DNA of 64,000 bases, from contig OZ316896.1 of NCBI GenBank assembly GCA_973895155.1, forward strand, positions 7,511,278-7,575,277, given 5' to 3'. Under the pieces are notes generated by a model. It saw only the letters and a list, made by a program, of their open reading frames with translations, searched no databases and was not told the DNA's origin. Positions 1 through 13,701 of the stretch are shown here, one piece after another (position 1 is the stretch's first letter; every line of letters starts with the position of its first letter). Position numbers and translations under genes: made by a program. This stretch comes from Marsupella aquatica. Its lineage: Eukaryota > Plantae > Marchantiophyta.

Positions 1-1951
1 CCTATGCGTCTCTCAGCTCTTGCTTCCACTTCTCCTTCTCCTTGATCGAATTGGCCAGATCACATTGGGTCCAAGTAAGTTTATCCTTGATAATCTGATT
101 ATCAGACTGCGCGCTATCCAATTGCCCTTGCATGATGTTGAGCTCATGCCGCTTAATCCGCAACTCATCTTGGGCTTTCTTGGACGCCTTCAGGTCTTCT
201 ACCTCGGCTTCCCTTGCCCTAAGCCGATGGATGACCTCGTCCTTCTTGCTTCTTTCCAAAGCCATCGCTTCTTCTAATCGGTGCTTCTCCAATATTTCCC
301 TCTGGAAAAAAGGTCCCTGCTCCAACTCCTCCCCAAAGATGCCGAGCGCAAGTTCCCCACACATCTCCCCGTACTCCATGGCTCGTTCTTTAGCATAGGC
401 AGAGTGAGCAGAAGTCATCGGCATCATCCACCGCAGCCTTTGTTCCCAGGCAGCCTTGTGAATTTCTTCTATCGTGGCTGGCGGGTTGCTTCATTTTTCT
501 GCAAGCCGTCGGATGTCCTCTGGCCATTCTCCTCCTGGTAAATCCTTCTCCCTTGCCAGGGCTGCCTCCTCTTCCTCCCTGAGTCATTCCTAAAACTCTT
601 GTGCCGTCTGTTTTATGCCGTCAAAACTTGGGGGAGCAACATCTGGTGGGGGAGACTCGGGGCTGCTCTGCTGGGTCGGGTCCCCTTGAACTACTCTTGG
701 AAGAGTGGGAATGAATTTGCCACAGGTCCTTATTCCTGGAACATGATGGTCCGACCCGTAGCCGGAGTCATCATTGTCGTAGCCTTCTACCGCCTCCTCC
801 CCGGCTTGGACTAGCGGCTCCCCCCGCTGCTATCCTGGTCCTGCCGTGAACACAACCCCACAGATCACGGGTCCTGGTTCCTCCGGCTTCCACATTGATC
901 TCATCTTCTCCCTGTCGTGACCAGGGGCCTTGGGCTGCTTCTCCTCGGCTTCGGGACTTGAAGCTCCTACATACATTCGGACTCCCGGCTCGTGTTCCGG
1001 CCTCCTTCTCTCCTTGGCCCCGGTAAAGGGGTTTTCCCTAGTAAGTTGGCTAAGGCCAACTTCGGAAGCAGTATTCTATGATGGCCCCATTGCCATTGCC
1101 GTTCTCCTTTCCTTCTCCAGCAACTTCAGCAGATTTTGCATGCCTGGTTGCTGCATTGGCAAGTCCTCCTTCCTCGGCCTAAACACCTGCTCGATTGTAG
1201 GATTGTCGGGCTGGGTCAGTTTCTCTGTTGTCGGCCTTGGTTCCGGAACCTCCTCTGGTGCTCTCACCTGCAGGGGCAATACCGGGGAAAATATCTGGCT
1301 TCGGGCATACGGGCACAACAGCGGCATGTGATAACCAAGTCAGGACACGCTTCCCATGCCGATCAGCAGCTGTTCCTCCTTCAAGATCTTCTTTAGTTGG
1401 GTGAGGAGGTACCCGTTGTAGTCTCGGGTTGGGTCTGGCATCTCTGCTAGATAGACCTGTGCCTTGCCAATCTCTGCCCTCGGCAAGTTACAATGCATGG
1501 TCACCCGCAAGAAATCGATCATTTCTCGTATGTGCGGATTTCTGCAGGTGTTTTGGAAGAAGCCATTCTTTGTTGATGGCCCTGGAAACGACTGGAACTC
1601 CTTGTCTGGCAAGGTCTTCCTGGTATCTACTTTGGTCTTATTGCCCATCGGCAAGCCAAACACTTCGGCAATCACCCGAGGAGTGAGATAGAAATCCTTC
1701 CCATACACCCTTGTGGAATTGGTCTCGGGCTCCCATGATCCCACGAATTCCAATAAGTCTGAATCCGGCACCTCCGGCTTCAGCCATGGTAACTTTACGA
1801 ATGCTTCCAAGCTGGATCCGGCCATGAAGCCCTGGTATTTCCGAGTGTGCATAGCCATAAAGCATGCATCCTCCTCCCGTGCAAAGTGTAATTGCACCTC
1901 CTCAGGGAGGGTCGCCGCCCAGCCTTTCCAGGTGTCATCTCTTGTTGGAAC
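1..1951 (-). mobile_element. Family-A TG...CA element, copy A1 (runs off the window on the left, truncated on the right); decayed long ORF
   Basis: ORFs 1340..1966, 1076..1327 and 2..427 are near-identical to parts of the proteins at 33105..36767 (TRDDTWKGWAATLP, MEYGEMCGELALG). DNA similarity to A2 stops at about 1951. Confidence 0.9.
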
Positions 1952-2672
1952 GGGTATGATAGCCATGACAGAAAACAGAAAACCTGTTACCAGGATTTTT
2001 TTTGCTGTTAACAGTCAAATTTAACTGTTACCAGTAAGCGATTCCCTGTTACCAGTTTTGCATCAATCATAGCCCTTTGGTCCAAATGAAAAACTACGCT
2101 AATCACAGAATTATTCTTTAGTGAATTAGGTTTAAAACAAACAATTATTTTGTGCCATCCGATGGATGAAGAGTACTAGCAATCCTCCCTTGCAACAACA
2201 TTTTGTTCTGGAAGATAACTGAACACGGTATGGGGACTATACTCAATGAAACATTCATTCAAATTTCACTATTCGTCCAAGCTAAAAAGCGAACCTTAGG
2301 GTGGGACCCACCACAAAACAAGTGAAGAGTAGTGTCAAAATGAACTCAATCAAAATGAGTTCACTTAAATGGACAGAGTACCGTGACAAACAAATGACAA
2401 AACACCTCCTAACGATTTATTTCAGAATAATTGAATAAACGCGGCTTGAAAGATAAAACATAATGATATCAACTTACACATTTTAAATAAAACATGTTGT
2501 AATGCTTACACTACATGCGTACATAATAAAGCAAGAAAAATAAGATTTTTGGAAGCAGCGCCCGGCGCTAACTAAAAAATACTGAACAAAACAAGTAACA
2601 TATCCGTTGGGTAAAGACAAAATAGTGACTATCCGTTATATTGAACGACCTATACGGAAGTTTCGGCCCCTA

Positions 2673-5511
2673 TTATAATCCATTCAAGTTCTGCCTCTCC
2701 AACACAAGACTGACTTCGCCCACAGTCAAAATTGGTTGGCTACAAAGAGTCGACTCCTCAACCTCAAGTTTGAAAACATTTATGTACACCCAGTATAGAT
2801 GTTTACAAGGCATGTACAACTTGCCACGCGAATGTCGTAGGAAGAAGTCCTCACAAGAGCAAGCAGGGAAGATACAGATTTGCACGAAGTACGTGCTTGG
2901 TGATCCAAGGTTCTCATGGGTTCGAATTCGAAATTGCTTTCCAAAAGCATTTCCAGTCCGAAGATTCCATTCCCCATCCAAAGTCATCTCTTCTTGTCGT
3001 GCAGACTCCATTCGCTTAGTGTGACCCACAGTGAGATTAGACCGAGGTCTTGAGTTCCTCCCATTCCGACTACCCAACCGGACATTTGGCTCCAAAAACC
3101 TTATTGTTTCTGGGAACACGTTCACATTTATCCTGAGGTCAAACGAAGATGGCGCAGATTGACTCGATCCTGTTGTTTGGGCTAAGACAAGTTCTTGCTC
3201 TTCGAGGAATGTGATTTCAGAAGGAGATAGGCTCGTACCCTTGAGAACAGGCAAAATTTCAGGAAGAGGAGGAATCTGATGAACACCACGACGTGGACGA
3301 CTCTTTATAACAGGTTTGGTTTGGGCAGAACCAAATCATTTCGGAGATTGGTTTGCCCCTAAAGAGACGATGGCCCTTCACAACAATTCCAACAACACCG
3401 TCAGACGAATGGAAGCCAACCTTCTTGATACGATTTCGACACTCATCGCGATCAGAACTCCCATTGAGTGTCCCATTACATTGGGGACCTGCTCCATACT
3501 TGGACGTCCGTCGCAGCTGCCACTGCCCCAGAGGGACATCCTTCTCTAGAACAATCGTGCGTGGAAGTGGATTCTGAAGTGAGGCTGGTGCACTGAGCGG
3601 AGGTTTTGTGGATCTTGTTGTACGGGTTGTTTGAGGGGTATTGTCCAGTGAATCAGTATCACCATCTGATGTGTCCATACCAGAGAGATTCACCAATCTT
3701 GTCAGAGGATCATTAGAATTTGAGGGAATGGAGGCAAAGTCAGTTCTGTTTAGGTTTTTCTTTTTCAAACCACGAGTATTTGGTGTGGTTAGGAGAACGG
3801 TGTCATGCCGATGGGAGTCTTGTGGAGAGACAATCCCAGTTGCATGTCCCTTTCTCTTCATTGACTTGGTCACAATATCTCCGTTAAGGGGAGTACTTCT
3901 TTCCAAATCGAAGTCCGCTGCGTTGGAAAGAAGCATGTTGGTCGCATCTTCAAATAACCTTGGCGAACCTGCTTGATCGGCGGAACGGAACGCCAATTCC
4001 CGTATAGTCGGTCCCTTTCCTCTGTTCAACCCTTTTCGATATGCACTGTATCCCGCAACTTGAGACAGGGCTCGGTTTTGGTCCACTTTGCATGCTTCAA
4101 AAAGACCAACTTTTTTCTTTGTAGCCCAAGCTTTCATAGACGCATGCCTTGATTCTGACCCTGTACAGTTGGGAATCAAGGCACCTTATTATGCGCTTTT
4201 GCTCTGCCATAGTCCGAATGCAATAATCAGTACTAGCACTGTATTATCAGCGCCCGGCGCTGACACCGACAAGTATTTATAACAAACATGAAATACAATT
4301 GCAAGTATGATTCTGGAACTTTATGGACATGTTGGACTCAAATACGAGCAAATCATACCAGCGCCTGGCGCTAATATAAAGTTGATGGAACTGTAAGACA
4401 AGAGAGGAGATGGATGTCATACCACTTGAATAAAATTGCCCCACTGGCGCCATCGAACAACCCACCAGGATATCCAGCTTTGTAGCATCATGAGCTTTCC
4501 AGGGACACAGTTTCCAGATTGCCACCAAACCACAATCTCTCGGGACACGCGATACGCTACCACAAATGTTGGAACATTTCTTAGTTTCTCCCAAAGTCTT
4601 TGATGTTCCGATTGACATTCTTCGAGTACTCCTTCCTTGGAATGCCGATGGAAAGATTGATAAAAGTGAAATGCATCAGAGCGCTCCCTCTCCGGGTCTG
4701 GGTGTCCACCGAAAAAAACATTCCGCACAGCATTCCATCCAGCTTGTGCATTGTCCGCCATAAACCCTTGGATGACAACCTCCTGTAATCCATTCTCCTT
4801 GCAAACCTCAATCATAACTCTCCAAGCCTTTTCGAAAGACTCAGTGTCTTCACCTTTCAACTTGCATGTGAAAATTGTACAAAGTGCACGGAAATTATGG
4901 TCGTAGACATGCGCGCTAAAAGTAAACCAATTGGTTGTGATACGCTGCATCACATCGAAACTGACCCAGGCTCCTTCGAGTCTTCCACCAGGTTGCATCT
5001 GTCTCAAAAGATCCACACCGGAACCGTGACCCTTCGTGGTCATTTTAAAGACGTGAGGCCTGTCGTCTTGACATCCCTGACCCGGGAGCAAATACCTCTG
5101 CAGAAACGACAGGTTAATCTTCTTCTGCATTTGCGAGAGAAAATCAAGTTCACCCCAACCCTTTTGGTCTATCCTAACGCTCCGACAAAGAGATGCAAAC
5201 TTCTAGGGAGTGGAAAGTACCATCAGAGACTTCCATATTTCAGTTTCTTCGATATCGACCATGTCGTCAACATGTTCGCAGAGAGCTTTCACTATGGACC
5301 CTGTAGCAGAATTCAAGATCCCAGCTGGTTTTGCCAGAGGATTGGCTTCATGATTTTTTTTAATTAAATCCTCAGCCATCTTCTCCGCACTCCTACAGAA
5401 GGTTTTTCTACCTGGATGGTTATGCTCACCTATATGAATTGCCAGGCGGGACATATGACTACATGTTTCCGCATCAAGTAATACTTGCGGGTACATATAG
5501 AAGGCCTTCAA
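2673..5511 (-). pseudogene. Mutator-like (MULE) transposase with C-terminal SWIM zinc finger; 5' part missing, spliced, disrupted
   Basis: IHIGEHNHP (WRKY/GCM-like tail), VSFDVM, FMADNAQAGWNAV...DAFHFYQS, GSESRHASMK (catalytic Glu region) and CSCEDF...PCKHLYWVY (SWIM). Splice donor at 4422; in-frame stops. Confidence 0.75.
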
Positions 5512-5512
5512 G

Positions 5513-8500
5513 TCATGAGATCAATGTGTCCCTTTTTTTCTCCTGCATATCTTCCTTCAAAATATCGGAATAATCCTCTCGACTTGGCTTGATTGTCTCC
5601 TCCAGGTCGGACTCCTCCAATACAAAGTGACCGGTAAAATCCTTGAAATGCTTTTCCCAATCAGGAACCCGATCTTGGGAGACGCCAAGGAAAAGAACCA
5701 TGTCCGCATCGCCTCTCATGTGTTGCGAAGGAGCATTAACCAAATAACTCCTAATGAACGAACCATATTCAAGGTGCGCATTATAGTTCTCCGAGAGATC
5801 TCGAACAGCTTCAATTATTCTTGCAAGAATAATACCAGGATGAACAAAAAAACAATTGTTACCAGATCATTTGTTGGTGTGACGCCGATGACATGGTCCT
5901 TATTCTTTAATCTGATTAACTAGGCTGCTATATGCAAGGAGTAGCTATTGATATTGCATAACAATTAGCAAGATGGCAAGAATAAGGGCAATCATGGCAT
6001 TAAGAGTAGGGGAATAAAAGCTATGTCACGGGTGGTCGGCGACCATATCTCTTTCAATATGTCACCAAATCTGGATCTGTAAAGAGTATTGGAAAGATCT
6101 GGTCAAGGCGAGTAAAATCGATATAAAACACTCGGGAAACGGAGGTGTATTAAGGGAGATACGACCTGATTAGTGTGACGGGTTAACTTGTGGCCGGAAT
6201 TAGCGGGTTCGGCTTCAGTTTCGGGTTAACCCAAAGCTCGGCCATGGCTTAGCTTAGGTAAGCACGGCTTCAGCTTAGCTCAAGTAAGCACAGCTTCAGC
6301 TTAGGCTTAGCCCGGGTTCGGATTAGATTGATCCCGGGTTAGAGTTAACTCGGGTTAGCCTAAACTCGGGCTCAAGTTAGCATAGGTAAGCTCGGGTTCG
6401 GTCTCAGCTTAGGCTAGGTTAGCGGATAGCGGATAGCGGGTAGCGGGTAGCGGCCTAACTCGAAACCACGGGTTAGCTCTACTTGGGTTAGATAGGATAG
6501 CTAGGTTAGCCGAACGCAGGTTAGCTATGTAACTCGGGTTAGCGCAGCAGTGAGTACCCCCTCTCGGTTGCGGGGGCATAACTCTCTGTGTATTTGACCA
6601 AATCGGCTATAATTGACCTCGTTGGAAAGAGGAGCTCAAGCCGCTTCCAACGCTGCTATCCACGCAGAAAATGGTTGAATAGAGAAATCGGGAGAGGAGG
6701 CGCAAGCTCGCAAAAACCATGGAGGAGGGCCAAATCCGAAGTACATAGCCAATTCGAGATAGAAATAAAGTTGCGAGTTAGGGTTCAGTAGTTAGAGATA
6801 GTGGCGGCTCTGTTAGGGTTGGGATGGGGCTCCAGCAACGTAGTATCCACCCATTTGGGCTCAGTATGAGAGTATATAGAGCAGCCCCCCGGTAGAGGCA
6901 GGGGGGCTTCAGTTGTGTGATCTCACTTAGACTGAGCAGCAGGGAGGAGCTCTGTGCAAGCAAGGCTGGACTTGGATGCTGCGTGTTGGGGAGAGCTTGG
7001 TTGTGCTATTACTCAGGGAGTAATCAGCCAAGCTTCACAGCTCCAACGGGTTGCTAGGTTTGCGAGCTGGATTGTGGCTCTTTCTAGTGGGCAGCACAAC
7101 TGGGTTCTTTTCCCCCGATACAGAGCCTTGGTGATAGGTGATGTATTGGTGATTGTAAACTATGGGGAGGATGTCAATTTGATTTGTGGTGAGCACATTA
7201 GGGAGGCTGAGATACTGATTGAGGGGCAGCAGAAGGAGCATTTATAGTTTGGTTTGGCAAGGCTAGGTGATCCATGGGGAGTCCCGGCCTTTGTCTGGTA
7301 GAGATCTGTACGTGCCCCCAAGAATGAAGTGCAGTGAAGGAGGTTGAGTTCAGGGTTGAGTTTGCAAGGCAAGTACGGGATTGGTTCGAGTCCAATCTGT
7401 CGTCGCAATCTGGAGTGAGCCGGGCTCAGGTTCAGGATTGAGCTTGCATGGCAAGCACGGGGCTTGCGGGGCAAGCATGTCGCAACCTGGAGGAGACAGC
7501 CTTCAGGCCTAGTGTTCAGATCAAGTGTTCTCAGTGAACTATTGTGCACATCTTTGAATCTAATTGAGTTTTCCTCTCAGGCCTCATTTCTCTCATGGAT
7601 GTGTGTGTGTGTGAGGCAATCTGAGTGTATGACGAGACTAGGAGCGCCACTGAGAGATGTACCGGGTGCATTGAAGTGGGTTGGGTGAGGGCTGTCACAG
7701 CTCTGATTGCTGAGAGTGGAATGGCAGAGTGGTGGGGCAATGGCTTAGAAGTCCCTAAGCCGGGAATCAGTCAGGTGTCACTGGTTTATGGGTACATTTC
7801 GGCGGCGGAATAGAAATATACCTATGACAGTAAGCATACGTATAGACATATGCGCACCGTAGCGCTAGGCCCTGTGTGTACGGGCCCGATATGAAGACCC
7901 CTTCTCACCAGAACTATCATGAGCACGGATCTGATTCCCAACCTTGGTTCCTAGGGATTGAGCTTGGGTGATGTGTGACAGAGTCTTGCTATGATAGTCT
8001 GGTGTTAAGGGCATAAATTGGTGTTTACCGGCCTTCACAACATCCCTTCGTGATCCTCAGGTACAAGGAGATGGTTTTGGCACCCATAGTGACGTTTTTG
8101 GTGTTAAGACCCATGTCAATCGCGTGACAGTTGGGATATTCACAACGATCTTCAAGAAGTTCAAGATTTTGGATTGCGTCCAAACCGGTTTTCCAGTATG
8201 GGTCAAATCAACAATCGCTAGAGATGCCAATATTGACTCCTTGCAGCTAGCCGAATCAAAAGGAGGATCAGCAGATGCGAGCAGATTTACAGTATAGAAA
8301 ACTCGGTAAGGATCCATCCTTGCGCGGAGATGGCCGCCAAACCTCTTTTGATGAATATTTCTCAACCTATGTTTCAATGGCTCCGGCATCTCTGCTTTTA
8401 ATGACACCTTCACAAGGCTCTTGAAATATCCAGTGTCCACCATTGCACAACAACGATCCAATTCCTCATTTGTGAAATTATATTGCTGAACTACATCACC

Positions 8501-11440
8501 CCAAGTTGATCCTTGCGAGAAAACCCCTTCGTACTTCTCCCGATAAAATCAAAGTATTGCCCCCTTAAGTTTGTCAATATACTTTGCTTTTCTTGCCAAT
8601 TCTGACATGGCGGGAAGATCAGTCAAAGCATGTTTCTTTTTCATCAAAAGCGCCTCCCCCAAATTCACTTTGTGGAGGATTTCCAAGATGTCGGATTCTA
8701 CTGCACCCTCAAAAACCTGGAATGTTGTCCCTATCAACTGTTTTGCTTCTTTTGATTTTCCAGTCATTTGTCCGGTTGAATCCAAAAGATTACCCTTGAG
8801 CCAATTATTGCAAACCTCTCTCCATAAAGAGTAGAGCTTCTCGGGAGCAAACAAAATCCAATTGTACCCACTGATGCTATTCACCTTTAACGTAACTTTT
8901 GCAAGTGTTTCATACTCCTGGGAGGAAAGACCAAACAACTCAAAGTTAGCCAGCTCAAAGTTTTGAATCCCAAAATACTAGAAAGGCTCTACACGACTCT
9001 CGCGTAGAAAGGAGAGAAGGACAAAGTGTCTGAATTTTGTTCACAACTCTCATGGAGAACCTACCTGAAATTCTGGAGATTTCCGACCCGATGGAAGTGG
9101 ACGAGCTGGTCGCCCCATATCATTGTATTGCATTCTTGCATGTTTCACTTGGTCAATAAATGGAGATGAAAACCGATGTGCCTCCGCCTGAAGGTTGTTC
9201 GCGTGTGAAATTTCCACAAGAACTTTCACCGGAGTTGACCCTTTGAGAATTCGCGCTCGACGATATTTGAGCAAATTGGCTGTTTGCATGAGAGATGGTT
9301 GAGTCTTTGAACTCCGGATAATTTTCTTGGCGGCCATTGTGGAATGTTGACCACTGATGGCAAAGAACTTGAATTCCGCAAGCTTCTTGGTGTCAATATC
9401 CTTTCCCGCAAGGTCAATTAAACTCGGTACTCCGTTGATCATCTTGTAAGAAACCAAATCTGTAGGTAAAGGTTCTTGCCCTGCATTTGTCATCATCAAT
9501 TGCGCAAGATGGTTGACATGCTCCTCATTGAGGAGTCTCTCATTCATCTTTGCAGGAGGGGGATGGATGTTTTCAACCGGGATAGAAAAAAATTTGGATA
9601 TCCCGAAACAATACCAAGACTTATTCAACTCCGATGTTTTTTTTGCAGTCTCCAGACGAGCACGGTCGACAACTAGCTTCGCGGAACTAGGGTTCTCATC
9701 AATATCCACATCTTCCTGATTTTTCTTTGCTTTCTTGGGCTTGCGAACGACAGCTTGAGAGGTGATGACAACCTTCTTCTCAACGTTTGGGGCCTTCTTC
9801 TCCACGGCTCTGACCATGGGAGTTTTCACAACAATTTCAGCCGACTCTGTGGCCGTTCCCCTTCGCTTAGGAGGCTTTGCCCTTGATTCCACAACTACTG
9901 ATTCAACATCAAGTTTTGCTTTTTTCTTTCCCTTTGGTGAAGGATCTTTTACGACTCCCTTTCGCTTCAGCGTCCTGATCTCCGGTTTGACCTTTTCAAC
10001 TTTCTTCCTGACCAACGCAGATTTCTGTCCAACCCGAGACTTTTGAGACGGTTTCTCCTCCTGAGGTTTTGCTGGTGAATTGACTTTCTTTGCTTTGCTT
10101 GATTTTCGTATTCTGTCCTCGATTCCTTGCACTTCCTCAACAACTTGAATTCTTTTTTGAGAAGACGTTGCCTCTTCTTGTTTATCAACCGAAGATACAT
10201 TTTTTCCACCTTTCACTTGAGGCATGACTTTGCGCTGGTCAGAAACAAGAACTCTCTTTTGAGATGGTTTCTTGTCTTCTTTTTGTTCTTCCCGTTGAAC
10301 CTTCTTGCGGCCTGTTTCGCCGCAGGCGGCTCATCTGCTTGATCAACGACTTTCACTCTCTTCCGAGGTAGTTTAGCTTCTTCTTTTGTTTTCTCAAAAT
10401 CAACCTTCTTCCGGCCTAGTTTCCCTGATGGTGATTTTTTGTCCATTGCTTTTTTCTTCCCACTGGGTGTGGATGACTTTGACACGACACCAGCTTTCCC
10501 CTTCCTGGGCAAAACTCCGTTTGAAGTCTTTGCATATCGCTTCTCTGTTGGAGGCTTTGCTGGGGGGATGACCTCATTTTGTTGAATTTCCCCACTCTCA
10601 ACATCATTGTTAATTGGTTCAACTCCACCTTCTAAACTTGTTGACTCTGACTCATTCTCTGACCCCGCCCGATTCTGAAAAGTCTTCTTGCTCTCTTCTT
10701 GGACACTTCCCTCCTCTCCATCATCCTCATTTTCTGACTCATAGACTGATATCGTTTCATGGGACTTGCTCTCTCCAGAGGCGGGCGAGTCATTGTCGGA
10801 GGAGTCATCCTCGTCCTTTCCCTCCCCATCATCATCGTCAATCTCTTTTCCACCAGCTTCTTTCTTCTTTGGGCGTACCAAGTCTTGGATTACTGGATGC
10901 CCTCGAATCCATTCCTCCACCTTTGTCTCACTGAAGTGTTTCATGAACACAACATTCGGAGAAATAGTCATCTTTCTCCTCCAGTCATCGTCTGGGATCT
11001 TCATCCGCATTATGTGATCCACCTCTCGTGTCCAAGAGATAAAATATTCCGACTGCTTCATGACATAGGAAACCCGTCCAAGCCCCATAATTATTTCATC
11101 AGCCGTAAAGACCCGATCAGGTGAGAGCCATCTATCCGCCAAAGGATCAAAGAAACCGCATGAGACAACATTTGTGTCCTGGTTGTAAGGTTCAAGACAA
11201 TGTGCTGAGAAAAACCCATGAAGTGGAGCAACCATCAGCTTGAAATTCCAAGAACTCTCAGACTCCAATGTCAGCAGAAGAGATGGGTTGTCCTTTGGGG
11301 ATGCAAATCTCGTACAGTACGAGAGTGCCAAAACTCATAAAGTTTCTTTGTCCATTTTCTGTTTTAACTCCCCTCACAATCAAACGGTAGTTGCCTTTGA
11401 CTGGTTGCAATTCAAAAGACCATGAATTCATAGTCGCCAA
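5513..11440 (-). pseudogene. ParB-1: spliced gene with acidic/Lys-rich N-terminus, ParB/Srx-like domain and a possible degenerate methyltransferase-like C-terminus; split by element B1
   Basis: FSIPVENIHP...NERLLNEEHVNHLA...FFAISGQHS resembles the ParB/Srx core. A GT-AG intron at 8978..9064 joins ORF 9050..10225 in frame to 8549..8938. The frame VNIPT|NDLVTIV continues across B1. ADPPF motif in ORF 8057..8461. Confidence 0.6.
5878..8129. mobile_element. Family-B solo-LTR-like element B1 (2252 bp, non-coding), inverted relative to B2
   Basis: Ends TGTGACGCC...GTGACA; exact 5-bp TSD GTTGG (5873-5877 and 8130-8134); reverse-complement homologue of 18083..20579. Confidence 0.92.
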
Positions 11441-12132
11441 AATATTCTCAAGTTTTGCGACCGTTGGAGTTTCAATCCGGAGCCTGTCAAAACAGAAATA
11501 AACAGAGCGAACTCCTAGAAGACAAGGAGAAATATGTCAAACATCTGCACGACACTCGCGTAGAAAATAAAGTGAGCCGACAAACTGTTGCTTCATTATA
11601 AACAAAATGATGTGAAAACATCCTTTACAAAATGGCCTCTTTGGCGTGTAAACAGTCCGGCAAAAAATGACTATCAGAACTTTGGAGATAGTCTTATGAG
11701 CCATTTGAGCTCATCATGATTTGGAGTCAAAACATTGTCCAGATTTAAGAAAACAATCTGATCCGCTAGAAACATAAGAGTTCCCTAACTCAAAGTATGC
11801 GCACACATGTGGCCATGAAGGCAACAATTTTTCTTTTCCAATTCAATCCATCGCACTTTGGTATCCAATTGTCTTTCCCTCTCTCAGCCATCGGCCAGCT
11901 CCTGTCGCAAGTCATGAACTTGACGATCTTGAATTTTCTCCATCTCAAGGGGTATAGCGACGGAGACAGGAAATAGGTAAACAAGAATTTTTTTTCCTAT
12001 TTTTAATATGCTATTACCAGGAAAAATCCACTGTTACCAGGAAAAATGACAATTTAAAAATATCTCATAAAACATGTTATTTCCAAAAAAAATTAACAAT
12101 GCAACATTTTTGGCTAGCTTTGGGCGCTACTA

Positions 12133-13336
12133 TTAGCAGCGCCGGGCGCTAGCAAAAAAAACTGGCCAACCGAAACAAAAAATTTCAAAAAAAATTCCAC
12201 CCATTTTCCTGTTACCAGTTTTTTTCCTGTTACCAGTTTCTGTTATTAAATCCTGTTTCCTGTTTGCTATCTTTTGTAAACACCTCATCTCAAGAGAAGC
12301 TTTCATGGACTTTGCCGCTACGTCGCAAGTAGTCAAATGCTGGATCTGTGCCCATCGATACTTTGCAAACATCTGCTCCCGTTCGTATTCTATTGCTTCC
12401 TTTTCATCCTCCAACGCTTTTTGGAGAATGGAATTCTCCATCAAACTCATATCAAATGCAGAAATACTTTTTTGTAACAATCCCTCAATCTTCTCAAAAT
12501 CGTCCTTGCGATGAGCGCCTTCCTCTAGAAAAGTTGAACGAACAAAGTCACATGAACAATGTTTTGATTCCATATGGTACATATGAACGAGGATTCTACA
12601 TGACAGTCGCGTAGAAAACATGAGTTTCTACACGACAGTCGCGTCGAAATCCATTATCTCCAAGATTGGAGAATTGGTTCTACGTGAGACTCGTGTAGAA
12701 CTAAACAGGAAATTCTAAATTCTGACATAACGGCTCTCAAATAGAGACTATGGGTCGATGAAAGAGACCCATTCTACACGACTCTCGTGTAGAGCAGACT
12801 CAAGTTTAGCACAATCCATTGAAAACAGAGAAATGTAGGTCAGAATTACCTTTGAGCTTCCTCAATGCAGTGAGAGCAAGTAATTCGGCATCATTTTTTG
12901 CCAAATAAGTCGTCATTCCCTTCGCATGTGCGAACTCCTCCACAATAATGTCAAGGACCGACGAGTTGAGCAAAATAAAATAGAAAACACAAATGATCCA
13001 AGGTCCGAGGTCCGAGGTCCTTTTATAGTCCGAGATGAGCGTGAAAGAGCATATCGTCCGAGGCGAGCGTGAAAGAGCGTATTGTCCGAAGCGAGCGTGA
13101 AAGAGCGTGAAACAATCTGAGGGCCAAGCGTGAGAGAGAGAGCGTGAGAGAAAGAGAGAGAGTGAGAGAGAAAGAGAGAGAGTTCGTGATTGAGAGAGAA
13201 AGACAATGAGAGCGACAGCGAGCTGGAAAGCAACATATACCCCTTCCACGTGGAATACTGTCAAACAATGATTGCGGTTGCTACCCGGCCGCCAAACCTG
13301 ACACTCGGGATCTGGTGGAGGACGTGTCATTAACAT
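12133..13336 (-). other. Possible small spliced gene remnant (short coiled-coil exon) with CT-rich leader
   Basis: Helical ORF segment (DDFEKIEGLLQKSISAFDMSLMENSILQKALEDEKEAIEYERE) and a donor-like site near 12850; no recognisable domain. Confidence 0.25.
13035..13203. repeat. GAGCGTGAAAGAGC repeats grading into a (GA)n microsatellite
   Basis: Read directly from the sequence. Confidence 0.85.
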
Positions 13337-13701
13337 GGCAAACCACCACCCGCCGCCAAACCAATCCGCATTTATGGAAACGACTGGTCACCACACTCCA
13401 CGCCGCCACAAAAAAGTACTACACGACAATCTGGTAGAGTTGAATGTCTGAAATTCTTGCACCCCCACTCACTATATAACGTGACAGACCACTTCATGCA
13501 AGTCATTTTTTGAGACCTGACTCATTCGTGCCTTCAGTCCGAGGTGGGACTGTCGTTAAAGCGTGCTCTATTGTTTCTGAAACTGCATCGGTACAGTTTC
13601 TCATACAGTTTTTCTCCTGTCATTTTCAATTTTGTTTTAGTGATTGTGTCAGTATGTGAATGCATGTGCTTGAGTCTTTCCCATTGGGATGTGGTTTAAC
13701 T

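Noticed and set aside
6180-6545. GGGTTA-rich tract as interstitial telomere
   Set aside because: No tandem TTTAGGG or TTAGGG array; it is degenerate internal repeat sequence of family B.
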